Assembly (NCBI GenBank): GCA_034520945.1
Contig: JAXHNB010000006.1
Coordinates: 864,001 to 928,000 of the forward strand
Direction of reading: 5' to 3'
Source: Trueperaceae bacterium
Lineage (GTDB): Bacteria > Deinococcota > Deinococci > Deinococcales > Trueperaceae
DNA: 64,000 bases
The position numbers were made by a program, and so were the translations under genes. Numbering within the stretch: position 1 is the stretch's first letter; every line of letters starts with the position of its first letter. This document shows positions 8,991-21,051 of this stretch, piece after piece. The notes beneath the pieces were generated by a model. It had not been told where the DNA came from, did no database searches, and worked only from the letters and a program-made list of their open reading frames with translations.

Positions 8991-9046
8991 CCGAGGCATG
9001 GTACCACCGGCCAGTCGGGGCCCCATTCGTCGTAGGATGGCGGATC

Positions 9047-9922
9047 ATGGCAGCGATGACGCCTTCGGGACCCGGGCTGGCGTTGGGGGGTGGGACGGCA
9101 CGCGGCATGGCCCACATCGGCGCGCTCAAGGCGCTCGAGGCGGCCGGCGAGCCCCCCGAGGCCTTGGCCGGGACCAGCTCGGGTGCGATCATTGCCGCCA
9201 TGTATGCCCTGGGGGCCCCCGCGCTCGAGATCGAACGCGTCGTGCGCCGGCAGAACGTGATGGAGTTGTGGGCGCAAGCGTTCGACTTCGGCCTGCACCG
9301 CGCCGCGCTGGTGCACGGCGAGCGGTTCACCCGCTGGCTGGACCGCAAGATCTTCTTCGGTGCGCGCATCGAGGACACGGAACGACCGCTCGTCATCGCC
9401 GCCACCGACCTGCTTCGGGGGCACACGGTGGCCCTGCGGAGCGGCTCGGTCGCCGAGGCGGTGCGCGCATCGTGCGCCCTGCCCGGGCTGTTCGCACCGG
9501 TGGAGCGGGACGGCCGGCACCTGGTCGACGGCGGGTTCGCCGAGCCGGTCCCGTTCGCCGCGTTGGCCGCGCTCGAGCCCGCTCGCATGGTCGGCATCCA
9601 CACCGGATTGGACCTGTCGGGGTCGAAGACGCTGCGGGTCTTGCGGCGACTGGACGCCAGCGGCCTCGGCCGCACGCTGCACGACCGCGCGGGGCGCGTG
9701 CGCGGCCGGAACCCGTGGAGCCGCCTGTTCGTCGGGTTGTCGCTCTCGCTTCGGAGCTACCGGCACGACCCCCGCGCGCCCGAGGGCGCAGACCTGGTGA
9801 TCGTGGCGCCCCCCGTCGCCTGGTGGGACTTCCACCGCTCGCCCGTGGCGATCGGGGCGGGCGAGGCGGCGGTCGAGGCCTGGCTGGCCGCGCGGGACGC
9901 CGTGGAGGTGCCTGCAGGGTGA
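9047..9922 (+). CDS. Patatin-like phospholipase (RssA/NTE family)
   Basis: LALGGGTARG, GTSSG nucleophile elbow, ASCALPG, LVDGG. Confidence 0.9.
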   Translation: MAAMTPSGPGLALGGGTARGMAHIGALKALEAAGEPPEALAGTSSGAIIAAMYALGAPALEIERVVRRQNVMELWAQAFDFGLHRAALVHGERFTRWLDRKIFFGARIEDTERPLVIAATDLLRGHTVALRSGSVAEAVRASCALPGLFAPVERDGRHLVDGGFAEPVPFAALAALEPARMVGIHTGLDLSGSKTLRVLRRLDASGLGRTLHDRAGRVRGRNPWSRLFVGLSLSLRSYRHDPRAPEGADLVIVAPPVAWWDFHRSPVAIGAGEAAVEAWLAARDAVEVPAG

Positions 9923-11088
9923 GCGTGCTGTACCTGCTCGAAGGCGACGTGCCCTGGTGGGACGCGTTGCAGCGCGCGTCCCGAGGCGGCGCCGAGGCGC
10001 ACGCGGCGTATGCCGCCGTGCTGCGGGCCTGCGTGGACGTGGGTGCGGAGGACGCCTACGTGGCGGTGGCCGACGCCCTGGTGTATGGCGCGTCGTCCGC
10101 CTGGGCCCGCGCCCGGGTTGCCGACGGCGTGCGGCGCGCGCTGGCTCACGACGTCGGCACGCTGCGCGAGGCCACGCGGGCGGTATCGCGCACCGGTGCC
10201 CACGATCGCGTGCCGCTGCGGGCATTGGCGCCCCCGGCCGCGCCGCTCCTCGGTGACATCGCGTCGTCGTTGCGCGGCGAAGCGACGGACGACGCGGTCG
10301 TGGCGGAGGTGTGCCGCGTGCGCCTGGAAACCGGAGGCGGACCGCTGGGCCGCCACCGGGCGTATCAATGGGACGGCGAACGGCTCTTGGGCGTGCGGCG
10401 GCCCGACCCGGTGGACCCCGGTGGCCTGCACGGCCTGGACGCGCAGCTCGCCAAGCTGACCGCCAACACGGAGGCATTCCTACGCGGGGAGCCGGCCATG
10501 CACGCGCTGTTGTACGGGCCGCGGGGCAGCGGCAAGTCGACGGTGGTGCGCGGCCTGCTGAGCCGGTTCGCGCCGGAGGGGCTTCGGCTGGTGGCGCTCC
10601 CGGCGCATGCGCTGCGGGACCTCGGCACCGTCGTACAGCAGCTCCAGGATCGGCCGGAACGATTCCTGGTGTTCGTGGACGACCTGTCGTTCGACGCGGG
10701 CGACGACCGCTATCACCCGCTGAAGAGCCTTCTGGAGGGCGGCATCGAGGCGCAGCCGGACAACGTGCGGTTGATCGCGACCAGCAATCGTCGCCATTTG
10801 GTCCAGGAGCGCCTGCGGGACAGGCCCGACCCGCTGGACGACGACGTGCACGGGTGGGACACGCATCATGAGCGCTTGGCGCTGGCCGACCGGTTCGGGT
10901 TGCTGGTCACGTTTCCGGACGCCGACCGCCGGCGCTACCTCGACATCGTGCAGCACCTGGTCGCGGTCGAGGGGGTGGACGCGGATGACCTGGAGGGGCG
11001 GGCGGATCGGTTCGCGCGGCACGGGAACGGGTACTCGGGCCGGACCGCCCGGCAGTTCGTCGATGCCGTGCGTGCTGGCTTGGCCTGA
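9919..11088 (+). CDS. DUF815-family AAA+ ATPase
   Basis: GPRGSGKS Walker A, FVDDLSF Walker B, LKSLLEGG, ATSNRRHL, LADRFGL, SGRTARQF; GTG start overlaps patatin stop. Confidence 0.85.
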   Translation: MSVLYLLEGDVPWWDALQRASRGGAEAHAAYAAVLRACVDVGAEDAYVAVADALVYGASSAWARARVADGVRRALAHDVGTLREATRAVSRTGAHDRVPLRALAPPAAPLLGDIASSLRGEATDDAVVAEVCRVRLETGGGPLGRHRAYQWDGERLLGVRRPDPVDPGGLHGLDAQLAKLTANTEAFLRGEPAMHALLYGPRGSGKSTVVRGLLSRFAPEGLRLVALPAHALRDLGTVVQQLQDRPERFLVFVDDLSFDAGDDRYHPLKSLLEGGIEAQPDNVRLIATSNRRHLVQERLRDRPDPLDDDVHGWDTHHERLALADRFGLLVTFPDADRRRYLDIVQHLVAVEGVDADDLEGRADRFARHGNGYSGRTARQFVDAVRAGLA

Positions 11089-11102
11089 GCGTTCCGGCGT
11101 GC

Positions 11103-12377
11103 CTACGCCATGGTTCGTGCCGGCCGCAGGAACGGCGCGGCCAAGGCGACGGCCGCCGGCAGCGCGGCGGAGAGGATGAGCGTGGCGGCGTGACCGCCGG
11201 CTAGGTCGAACCCGAGCGCGAACACCCACGGTCCGAACGCGGTGCCCGCGATGGAGACGGTGGTGGCCACGCCCTTGATGGCACCGTAGTGCCTGCGGCC
11301 GAAGTAGTGGGCGTACACCCCCGCCTGCAACGCGGCGTGCATGCCCTGGGCGCTCCCCAGGAACGCCCCGTACAGCAGGACCTGCGTCGGGGTGGCGACG
11401 AACGCCGCGCCGAGCAACGAGGCCAGCAACAGGAGCTGGTCGGCGCTGAGCAGGAAGCGGGGGGCGACCCGGTCCATCAGGTAGCCCGACGCCAGGTTGG
11501 CGCTGGCCATGATCACGCCGAACGCTACGAACATCGTCGCCGCTTCGGTGCGCGCCAGTCCGTTGCCGGCCATGATGGCGTAGTGGTGGAACACCAACCC
11601 GGTCCCGAGCGCCGACATGGCGAACCCACCCGCCACGTACAGCCAAAAGGTCATGGTGCGGGCGGCGGCGCGTGCGGTGAGCGCGGGTTCGTCGACGGCT
11701 TCGGCCGCCTCGGGGTCGCCGGCGTCACCGTCGGGCCGCAGGCCGAACGTCTCCGGATTGGACCGGAACAGGCCTACGCCCACCGGCACCAGCGTGACCA
11801 GCACCAGCGCCCCCAGGATCAGGTAGGCGCTTCGCCAGGTGCCCCACGACAACAGCAGCTCGATCAGCGGGGGGAACGCGGCCGTGCCGAGCGCGATGCC
11901 GAGACCGGCGGTGCCGACGGCCAGGCCACGGCGCCGCACGAACCACTGATTCACGGCGTGCAAGCTCACCAGCTGAAGCGATCCCTGCCCCAGCAGGCGG
12001 ATCAAGGTGAACCCCAGCAGGAGCGTGAGGGGCCCCACCACCAGCGCCATGCCCATGCAGGCGAGGGCGAAGGTCACGCCGACCACGCCGATCCCGATTC
12101 GCGCGCCGAACCGGTCGATGGCGCGACCGACGAAGGTGAGCGACGAGGCGCCTGCCAGGGTGGCGATGGCGTACAGGAGCGACACCTGCGTCCGCGAGAC
12201 GGCGAGGTCCGCGATGATGGCGTCCAGGAACACGGAGATGCCGGCCGTCTGTCCCGGCAGCGTCATGAACATGCCGAACGTGCCGGTGGCCAGCACCACC
12301 CAGCCGTAGTAGAACGGCGTGCGCCGAATCGTGCGGCTGGTGCGGGGTGGGGTGGGGGCCGGGTCGGGGGGCGTCAC
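11103..12377 (-). CDS. MFS transporter
   Basis: FYYGWVV start, GRAIDRFGAR motif A, WFVRRRGLA, about 12 hydrophobic segments. Confidence 0.88.
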   Translation of the reverse strand: MTPPDPAPTPPRTSRTIRRTPFYYGWVVLATGTFGMFMTLPGQTAGISVFLDAIIADLAVSRTQVSLLYAIATLAGASSLTFVGRAIDRFGARIGIGVVGVTFALACMGMALVVGPLTLLLGFTLIRLLGQGSLQLVSLHAVNQWFVRRRGLAVGTAGLGIALGTAAFPPLIELLLSWGTWRSAYLILGALVLVTLVPVGVGLFRSNPETFGLRPDGDAGDPEAAEAVDEPALTARAAARTMTFWLYVAGGFAMSALGTGLVFHHYAIMAGNGLARTEAATMFVAFGVIMASANLASGYLMDRVAPRFLLSADQLLLLASLLGAAFVATPTQVLLYGAFLGSAQGMHAALQAGVYAHYFGRRHYGAIKGVATTVSIAGTAFGPWVFALGFDLAGGHAATLILSAALPAAVALAAPFLRPARTMA

Positions 12378-12464
12378 GGCCCTAGCCTACGCGGCCGGCC
12401 GGCGGCCGGGCCGTGGGCGCGGGGACGATGTCCCGACGCGGGCGCCGAGTCGGACGTTGCGACG

Positions 12465-13325
12465 TCAGGTCGCCAGGTGCGGGTCGGCGATGTCGCGGAA
12501 GCCGTCGCCCAGCAGGTTGAAGGCCAGCACCGCCAACAGGATCGCGATGCCGGGGAACACCGCCACCCACCAGGCGCTGGTCAGGTAGTCCAGGCCGGTT
12601 CGGATCATGTTGCCCCAGGTCGGCGTGGGCGGGGAGACGCCGAGCCCTAGGAAGCTCAGGTTGGCCTCCAGCCGAATCGCGGTGCCCATCCACAGCGAGC
12701 CCATCACCAGCAGTTCGCCCGCGATGTTGGGCAGCACGTGCCGAAGCAGGATGCGCCAGCGCCGCGCCCCCATCGACTGCGCGGCGGTGATGAACTCGCG
12801 CTCGGACAGCGCCAGGGTCGGGCCGTGGCTGAGCCGAATGAAGCGCGGCGTCATCAGCAGGCCGATCGCCACGATCAGGTTGGTCAGGCCGGTGCCGATC
12901 GCGACCATCACCATGATGCCGAACACCTCGTCGGGGAACGACATCATCACGTCGGTGGCGCGCATGATCAGCGTCTCGACGCGGCCGCGCAGGTAGCCGG
13001 CGACCATGCCGAGCACGACGCCGAGCACCATGCCGATCGCCACCGAGGCGATGCCGACCAACAACGAGACGCGCGCGCCGTGCAGCACGCGACTGAGGAC
13101 GTCGCGCCCGAAGAAGTCGGAGCCGAGGAGGTGCGTGCCGCCCGGGTCGGTGAAGCGGCTGGCGATGCCTTGCTGCAGCGGATCGTACGGGGCGATCCAC
13201 GGCGCCGCCAGCGCCAGCGTCACCATCAGGGCCACCATCACGGCCCCGACGCCCGCCAGGCGGTTGCGGCGGAAGGCGCGCCAGGTGCGGTTCTGGCTGG
13301 GCTGGGGAGCGTTGGCGGTCGACAC
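12465..13325 (-). CDS. Peptide/nickel-type ABC transporter permease (DppC/OppC-like)
   Basis: HLLGSDFFGRDVLSRV, EFITAAQSMGA EAA loop, LSFLGLG, PTWG. Confidence 0.92.
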   Translation of the reverse strand: MSTANAPQPSQNRTWRAFRRNRLAGVGAVMVALMVTLALAAPWIAPYDPLQQGIASRFTDPGGTHLLGSDFFGRDVLSRVLHGARVSLLVGIASVAIGMVLGVVLGMVAGYLRGRVETLIMRATDVMMSFPDEVFGIMVMVAIGTGLTNLIVAIGLLMTPRFIRLSHGPTLALSEREFITAAQSMGARRWRILLRHVLPNIAGELLVMGSLWMGTAIRLEANLSFLGLGVSPPTPTWGNMIRTGLDYLTSAWWVAVFPGIAILLAVLAFNLLGDGFRDIADPHLAT

Positions 13326-13343
13326 GGCGGTCCTCCAGGGAGC

Positions 13344-14285
13344 CTAGTCGTAGCGGATGTTCGGGTCGGCCACGGCGTAGGCGAGGTCCGTGACCAGGTT
13401 GACGAAGACGACGAACACGGCGTAGATCACCATCACGGACTGCAGGGTGATGTAGTCACGCTGCAGCATCGCGCCGACCAGCAACCGTCCCAGGCCGGGC
13501 CGCGAGAACACCACCTCGACCACCAGCGAGCCACCGGTGAGCACGATCGAGTAGATGCCCGCGATCGAAATGATGGGCACGAAGGCGTTGCGCAGGACGT
13601 GCTTGTACACCACCGAACGTTGCTGCAGCCCCTTCGAGCGCGCCGTTCTGATGTAGTCCTCGCCGAGAACGTTCAGAACGGACGAGCGCGTCAGGCGCGT
13701 CACGTAGGCGGTCATGATCAGGCCCAGCGTGACGGCGGGCAGCACCAGGTGTCGCAGGGCGCTCACGGGGTCCTGCAAGTCGCCGCCGCCCACGGCCGGC
13801 AGCAACCCGAGCCGGACCGAGAACAACAGGATCAGCAGGATGCCGAGAAAGAAACTCGGGAACGACAACCCGACCAGCGACAGGGTTCGGACGAGGTAAT
13901 CGGCCGCGGTGTTGCGCCGCAAGGCGGTGAAGATGCCGAGCGGGATGCCGACGACCAAGCCCAGCACGATGCCCGACAGCGTCAACTGGACCGTGTACGG
14001 CAGCGCGTTGCCGATCTGGCGGGCGACGGGCACGCCGGAGATCATGGAGTTGCCCAGGTCGCCGGTGGCCAGGCCTTTGAGGAAATCGGCGTACTGCGCG
14101 TACAGCGGTTGGTCGAGGCCCATGCGTTCCCGTAGCGCCTCGACCGCGGCTTGGGAGGCGTAGTCGCCGAGCACCGCCCGGGCGGGATCGCCCGGGGCGA
14201 CGCGCACCACCATGAACACCAGCGTCAGCACCACCAACAGGGTGGGGACGGCGATGGCGAGCCTGCGGAGGGCGAAGGTGAACAC
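13344..14285 (-). CDS. Peptide/nickel-type ABC transporter permease (DppB/OppB-like)
   Basis: PGDPA, GLDQPL..QY, GDLGNS, DYIRTARSKGL, DPNIRY. Confidence 0.92.
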   Translation of the reverse strand: MFTFALRRLAIAVPTLLVVLTLVFMVVRVAPGDPARAVLGDYASQAAVEALRERMGLDQPLYAQYADFLKGLATGDLGNSMISGVPVARQIGNALPYTVQLTLSGIVLGLVVGIPLGIFTALRRNTAADYLVRTLSLVGLSFPSFFLGILLILLFSVRLGLLPAVGGGDLQDPVSALRHLVLPAVTLGLIMTAYVTRLTRSSVLNVLGEDYIRTARSKGLQQRSVVYKHVLRNAFVPIISIAGIYSIVLTGGSLVVEVVFSRPGLGRLLVGAMLQRDYITLQSVMVIYAVFVVFVNLVTDLAYAVADPNIRYD

Positions 14286-14325
14286 GAAGAATGCTCCGCG
14301 GAATGCGTGGCGTGGCGGCTAGGTA

Positions 14326-14350
14326 GGGGAGGGCGCAAACCACCCTCCCC
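14326..14350 (-). terminator. Intercistronic stem-loop after the SBP gene (partial terminator or mRNA stabiliser)
   Basis: GGGGAGGG...CCCTCCCC inverted repeat between SBP stop and permease start; no U-tract. Confidence 0.5.
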
Positions 14351-14374
14351 GAGCGTCAGCGTCTGGCGTGCGCC

Positions 14375-15994
14375 TTACTGCAGCGAGGTCTGCTCGTTGA
14401 TCTGCGGGTACAGCGCCAGGGTCGAGTCGATCTCGTAGCCGAAGTCGACGTTCGTGTTCCGCGCGAACACCAGCTTCTTGATGTACAGCGGGTAGGCCAC
14501 CGCCCAGTCCAGGATGTCGAGCTGGGCCTCCCGCCAGGCGTCGGCCTGCGCGTCGGCGTCGAGCTCGCCGCGGGCCCGTTCGATGATGGCGTCGATCGAC
14601 TCCACGTCGCCGTCGCCGTTCAGGTCGGTCTCGCCGAGGTGCGAGAAGTTGGTGTCGGGGCTGTCGCCCGTCACCACGGCCGAATCGCTGTGATAGAAGC
14701 GCGTCAGGAACACGTCCGCGTTCGGGCGCCACGCGATGTACAGCACGATCTGGTTGGCGTCCTCGCGGATCAAGGTGTGCATGGTGGAGTGGTCGACCAC
14801 GCGAAGGTCGAGCTGCACCCCGCACTGCGTCAACTGCGATTGCAGGTTCTGCATCGGCGCCAGGTAGGAGGCGCGTTCCGATACCACGACCTCGGTGGTG
14901 AATCCCTCGGCGCCGGCGTCGGCGAGGGCTTGGCTGGCCGCCTCACGGTCGAGCGGGTACAGCAGACCTTCCGCGCCGACCTCCTCTTCGGTCATGCCGC
15001 CCGCCAGAAGCGGCGGAACCGGCGATACGAGCGGGTCGGTGACGGTCTCGCCGACGGTGGCGCGCACCAAGCTGCGGTCGATGCAGCGTGCCAGCGCCCG
15101 CCGTACCTCCAGCTGCCCCAGCGGTTCGGTGCTGGTGTCGAAGTGCAGGGTGGCCGTCTCGCCGGGACCGAAGACCATCACTTCGCCCACCTCGCGGTCC
15201 TGCATCGATTCGACCCACGGTTGTTCGGGCGGCCCTTCGATCACGTCCAGTTCACCCGTTTCCAGGCCGGCCTCGCGCGAGGAGACGCTGGGCATGTAGC
15301 GCACGGTGACGCCGTCGAGTTTGGGCTCACCGCGGAAGTACGCCTCGTTCGCGGTGAGGCGGGTCTCCTGTTGCGGCACGTAGTTGCTGAACATGAACGG
15401 GCCCGTCCCGACCGGGTTCGACGCGAACGCTTCCTGGCCGAGGTCCTCGGCCGCCTGCTGGCACACCACGAAGCCGCCGGAGTAGTCCGCGACCTTCGGC
15501 AGCATCAACGATTCGGACACGGGCTGGGGCACGCTGATCTCGACCGTGTACGGGCCGGTTGCTTCAAAACTCATCCCTTGGTACTCGCCGGCATAGGCCG
15601 AGGTATCGGGATCGGCCGCCTTGCGCAGCGAGTAGACGACGTCCTGGGAGGTCAGCTCGTAGCCGTCGTTGCCGTTCCACGGGTGGCACTGCACCCCCTC
15701 GCGCAGGTGGAACGTCCAGGTGAGCCCATCACTGGAGACGTCCCAGGCGACGGCGAGGTCGGGTTCGAAGGTCGTGATGTCGCCCGGGCGGTACCGCACC
15801 AGGCCGTTGAACACCATGTCCGCCACGGCGCGGTCCTGCGTGGCGGCGGCGAAGTGGGGATCGGCGGTCGTGAGGTCCGAGGCGTCGAACGCGATCGACA
15901 GTTGGTCGTCCTCTTGGGCGAACGACGCGCTGCCCAGCGCGACGAGCGCCACGCTCAGCATCGTGACGAGGGACCTGAACAGGCGTACAGACAT
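14375..15994 (-). CDS. ABC transporter substrate-binding protein, family 5
   Basis: Signal peptide (ASFA-QE), PDLAVAWDVSSDGLTWTFHLREGV, NPVGTGPF; precedes permeases. Confidence 0.92.
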   Translation of the reverse strand: MSVRLFRSLVTMLSVALVALGSASFAQEDDQLSIAFDASDLTTADPHFAAATQDRAVADMVFNGLVRYRPGDITTFEPDLAVAWDVSSDGLTWTFHLREGVQCHPWNGNDGYELTSQDVVYSLRKAADPDTSAYAGEYQGMSFEATGPYTVEISVPQPVSESLMLPKVADYSGGFVVCQQAAEDLGQEAFASNPVGTGPFMFSNYVPQQETRLTANEAYFRGEPKLDGVTVRYMPSVSSREAGLETGELDVIEGPPEQPWVESMQDREVGEVMVFGPGETATLHFDTSTEPLGQLEVRRALARCIDRSLVRATVGETVTDPLVSPVPPLLAGGMTEEEVGAEGLLYPLDREAASQALADAGAEGFTTEVVVSERASYLAPMQNLQSQLTQCGVQLDLRVVDHSTMHTLIREDANQIVLYIAWRPNADVFLTRFYHSDSAVVTGDSPDTNFSHLGETDLNGDGDVESIDAIIERARGELDADAQADAWREAQLDILDWAVAYPLYIKKLVFARNTNVDFGYEIDSTLALYPQINEQTSLQ

Positions 15995-16189
15995 GAAGCG
16001 TCACCTCCGAATCGCAGGTTGCTCCCGGGTGCGGCGTCCTAGCACCGTACATCGGACGCTGAAGCGCCCCATGGGATGGAGGTACCGCGTCGCGAGAGCG
16101 TTGATGTGCGTACATGGCGAATCTATGTGTCTGGGCCGCGTGCGGATGTCGGGTGCGCGACGCCGCTTGGGGCGCGTCGCGCCGCGTCT

Positions 16190-16954
16190 TCAGCGGGACC
16201 GACCGGCGGATGCGCCCAACACGAGCCTCACGAAGCGAACCAGGCGAGGGGCGCGGTGCCACCGCTTGGGGTCGAGCCCCACCCGCCACGCCCACTCCAG
16301 CCCCGCGCGCCGCGTCCACGCCGGCGTGCGGTGCGCGGTGCCGGCCAGCACGTCCAAGGTGCCGCCCACGCCGATCGCGGCACAGGCCCCGAGCGCATGC
16401 TCGTGCGCGGCGAGGAACGTCTCTTGTCGTTCGCCCAGACCGGCCAGCACCAGGTTGGCGCGGCTGGCGCCCACCGCCTCGGCGACGGTGGCTGCTTCCT
16501 CTGGTGCGAAGTAGCCGTCGCGCACGCCGGCGACGCGGACGCCGTAGCGCCCGACCGCTACCTGGGCGGCGGCCTCCGCGACGCCGGGGCGCCCGCCCAG
16601 GAAGTACACGCGGAGCGCGTCCGCGCCGCGCCGGAGCGTGCCCTCCACCAGGTCGACGCCCGGCACCCGGCCCGGGATGCGCACGCCGCCGCGGCGGGCC
16701 GCCCACACCATGCCGACGCCGTCGGCCACGCACAGATCGGCCGTGTCGATCGCGCGCGCCAGCGCCTCGTCGGCGCGGGCGCGCACCACGAGTTCCGGAT
16801 TCAGGGTGACCGCGCGGGAAAAACGCCCTGCGCGGCTCAGCCGCAGAAGGCGATTCGAGGCTTCGTTTAAATCGACCAGGTCCAGCGGGTGCCCCAGGAC
16901 GCGGGCGCGCGGACCGTCCTCGGGCGCTTCGCTCGTCTGGGCGTCACCCGCCAT
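16190..16954 (-). CDS. WecB/TagA/CpsF family glycosyltransferase
   Basis: VTLNPE, ADGVG, RVPGVDL, YFLGG, GVGGTLD, GLEWAWR..P.RW.R. Confidence 0.9.
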   Translation of the reverse strand: MAGDAQTSEAPEDGPRARVLGHPLDLVDLNEASNRLLRLSRAGRFSRAVTLNPELVVRARADEALARAIDTADLCVADGVGMVWAARRGGVRIPGRVPGVDLVEGTLRRGADALRVYFLGGRPGVAEAAAQVAVGRYGVRVAGVRDGYFAPEEAATVAEAVGASRANLVLAGLGERQETFLAAHEHALGACAAIGVGGTLDVLAGTAHRTPAWTRRAGLEWAWRVGLDPKRWHRAPRLVRFVRLVLGASAGRSR

Positions 16955-17744
16955 GGCAGGACGCGGGCCGGAACGGGTACAGGACGCCCCCGTGCACCCG
17001 TTCCGGGTCGTCCATGCGCGGCACGGTCCGTGAACGGTCGAGGTCGGCGGCGAAGCCGATGTCGCGTTCCAGTCCCAGACCGCGCAGATAGGCCGCAGCA
17101 CGCGACGCCCACAGTGCGGTGAGCGGGTCGGCGTAGCTCTGGACGGCGGAGAGGGCCAGGCGCGTCGCGCCGGTCGGCCGCAACGCGGCGTGCCGTCGCA
17201 TCATGCCGTCCGCCAGCAGGCCCGCCGTGACCAGGTCGTCCAGGTCGGGCTCTCCGCTGAAGCCGCAGCACACCAGGTCGACGCGGGTGCGCACCTTCGC
17301 GATCGCCCAATCGCAGACGGCGTCGAGGTTCACCATCGATCCCAACGCCACCGCGCGCGCATCGGACAGGTAGGTGAGGGCCTCCGGGGCGTTCTCGGAC
17401 ACCATGATCGCGTCGTGGCCCGAGAGGTCGCATTGCGCGAGCGTGACCGGCGAATTGCCGTAGTTGAACCCTTCGGGCGGCACGCCGCGGCGTTCGCCGA
17501 CCAGCAGGTCGCCCCGTGCCGCGGCGGCCCGACGCGCCACACGGAGGCTGGGGGAGAGCCGCACCGCCGCCAGCCCCTGATCGAACAGGACCGGCACGGT
17601 GGTGGTGGTCCGCAGGACGTCCACGACGATCACGACGTCCGTGTACGGCGACGCGCCCTCGAGGTCGGCGCGCGCGGGCAGCAGGTCGACGTTCACGACG
17701 GGGGTCGTGGCTGCGCTGGAAGGGGCCGGAGCAGGCTCGGACAC
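16944..17744 (-). CDS. 2-phosphosulfolactate phosphatase family protein (ComB-like)
   Basis: [34 protein letters not shown]. Confidence 0.85.
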   Translation of the reverse strand: MSEPAPAPSSAATTPVVNVDLLPARADLEGASPYTDVVIVVDVLRTTTTVPVLFDQGLAAVRLSPSLRVARRAAAARGDLLVGERRGVPPEGFNYGNSPVTLAQCDLSGHDAIMVSENAPEALTYLSDARAVALGSMVNLDAVCDWAIAKVRTRVDLVCCGFSGEPDLDDLVTAGLLADGMMRRHAALRPTGATRLALSAVQSYADPLTALWASRAAAYLRGLGLERDIGFAADLDRSRTVPRMDDPERVHGGVLYPFRPASCHGG

Positions 17745-17901
17745 GGGCGGGAGGATAGCACGCGCCCGCCCTCTGGCGCCCCCGTGCGGCCCTCGGCGGC
17801 ACGCGACACGACGTTCGTCCCTGGTCGGGCGGGGGGGTCCTGCGCCATGCTGGGACGATCAGCGCGGATGGACCGGCTCCGCGAACGAAACGGGGGTAGG
17901 C

Positions 17902-19327
<1,426 letters not shown>

Positions 19328-19335
<8 letters not shown>

Positions 19336-20605
19336 CGAGGTCCCGCGTCATCTAGACGCCGCCTACGACGTGGTGGTCGTCGGCGGAGGGCCGGCCGGCA
19401 TGGCCGCCGCCCTGGGCGCCAAGGACGGGGGCGCGGAGCGCGTGTTGATCGTCGACCGGGAGCGCGAAGCGGGCGGCATCCTCACGCAGTGCATCCACCA
19501 CGGCTTCGGCGCGCACTGGTTCAAGGAGGAATTGACGGGGCCCGAGTACGCCCAGCGCTTCTTCGAGCAGGTTCTGGAGCACGACGTGGACGTACTCACC
19601 GATGCGTACGTGCTGGACGTCGACGCAGACCGGCGGGTGCGCTTGATGTCGCCCGAGCACGGGGTACGCACGGTCGAGGGGCGCGCTGCGGTGCTCGCGA
19701 TGGGCGCGCGCGAACGGACGCGGGGCGCCGTCCGCATCCCCGGTGACCGGCCCGCAGGCGTGATGACGGCCGGCTTCGCCCAGAAGCTCGTCAACATGGC
19801 GGGGTACCTTCCCGGCAAGCGCGTGGTGATCCTCGGCTCCGGCGACATCGGACTCATCATGGCGCGACGGATGGTGCTGGAGGGCGCCGAGGTGATGGGC
19901 GTGTTCGAGCTGCTGCCCCACGCCAACGGCCTGAACCGCAACATCGTGCAGTGCCTGTACGACTTCGACATTCCGTTGCACCTGTCGACGACCGTGGCGA
20001 GGATCCACGGCCGGGAGCGGGTGGAGAAGGTCACCGTTGCGCCGGTGGACGCCAACCTGAACGTGATCCCGGAGAGGGCGTGGGACGTTCCGTGCGACAC
20101 GCTGCTGGTGTCGATCGGCCTGATCCCCGAGAACGAACTGTCCCGGCACCTCCGGGTCCGTCTGGACCCCGTCACCGGCGGCCCGATCGTGACCAGCGCC
20201 ATGGAGACCTCCCGCGACGGCCTGTTCGCGTGCGGCAACGTGGTGCACGTCCACGACCTGGTCGACTTCGTGAGCCAGGAAGCGTTGCTGGCCGGTCGAA
20301 GCGCCGGCGCGTTCGCCAGCGGGGAGCGACCCCGCAGCGACAACGTGCGCCTGGTGCCCGGCGAGAACGTGCGCTATTGCGTGCCGCACACCATTTCCAC
20401 TGATCGCGAGCACACGGTGTACATGCGGGTCTCGAAACCGTTCGAGGCGTGTACGTTGCATCTGGGCGACGTGCATGCCAAGCCGCTCCGCTACGCCGTC
20501 CCCGGGGAGATGGTGACGCTGAAGGTACGCCCCCGCTTCCTGGAGAACTTCCACGGCGACACGCTCAAGATCGACGTCCTGCCCCGCGAAGGAGGTGCAC
20601 GGTGA
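19328..20605 (+). CDS. FAD/NAD(P)-dependent oxidoreductase, partner of the upstream dehydrogenase
   Basis: [47 protein letters not shown]. Confidence 0.85.
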
Positions 20606-20991
20606 GAGAGACCACGGAGTACCTATGCATCGGGTGCCCGCTGGGGTGCCGCCTCGAGGTCGACGAGGACGAGGACGGCGAGATCGTGGAGGTTCGCGGC
20701 TTCTCCTGCAAGCGCGGCAAGCAGTTCGCTCTTCAGGAGCACACCCAACCGGTGCGGTCCGTCGCCACCACGGTCCATGTGAAGGGGGGCGCGTGGCCGC
20801 GACTGCCCGTCCGGACGACCGATCCGATCCCGAAGGACCGGGTGGCGGCCTTGTGTGACGCGCTTCATGGGGTCACGCTGCACGCCCCCGTCCAGATGGG
20901 CCAGGTGGTGCTCGACGGACCGGACGGCACCGTGGTCGCGAGCCGGGACATGCCCGCCGCGGCGGAGGCGGGCGCCCAAGTGGGCGCCTGA
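20602..20991 (+). CDS. DUF1667-type small Cys-rich metal-binding protein
   Basis: CIGCPLGC...SCKRG, P.R...TTV; GTG start overlapping the previous stop. Confidence 0.82.
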   Translation: MRETTEYLCIGCPLGCRLEVDEDEDGEIVEVRGFSCKRGKQFALQEHTQPVRSVATTVHVKGGAWPRLPVRTTDPIPKDRVAALCDALHGVTLHAPVQMGQVVLDGPDGTVVASRDMPAAAEAGAQVGA

Positions 20992-21051
20992 ACGCGGAAC
21001 CGGGCGTTCCGGGCGACAGGTGCGCGACGGGCCGTCGCGGTACGCTCCGGC

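Noticed and set aside
2577..9046. Deinococcal radiation/desiccation response motif upstream of recO, topA, recR or dnaX
   Set aside because: No convincing 17-bp palindrome found in these intergenic regions
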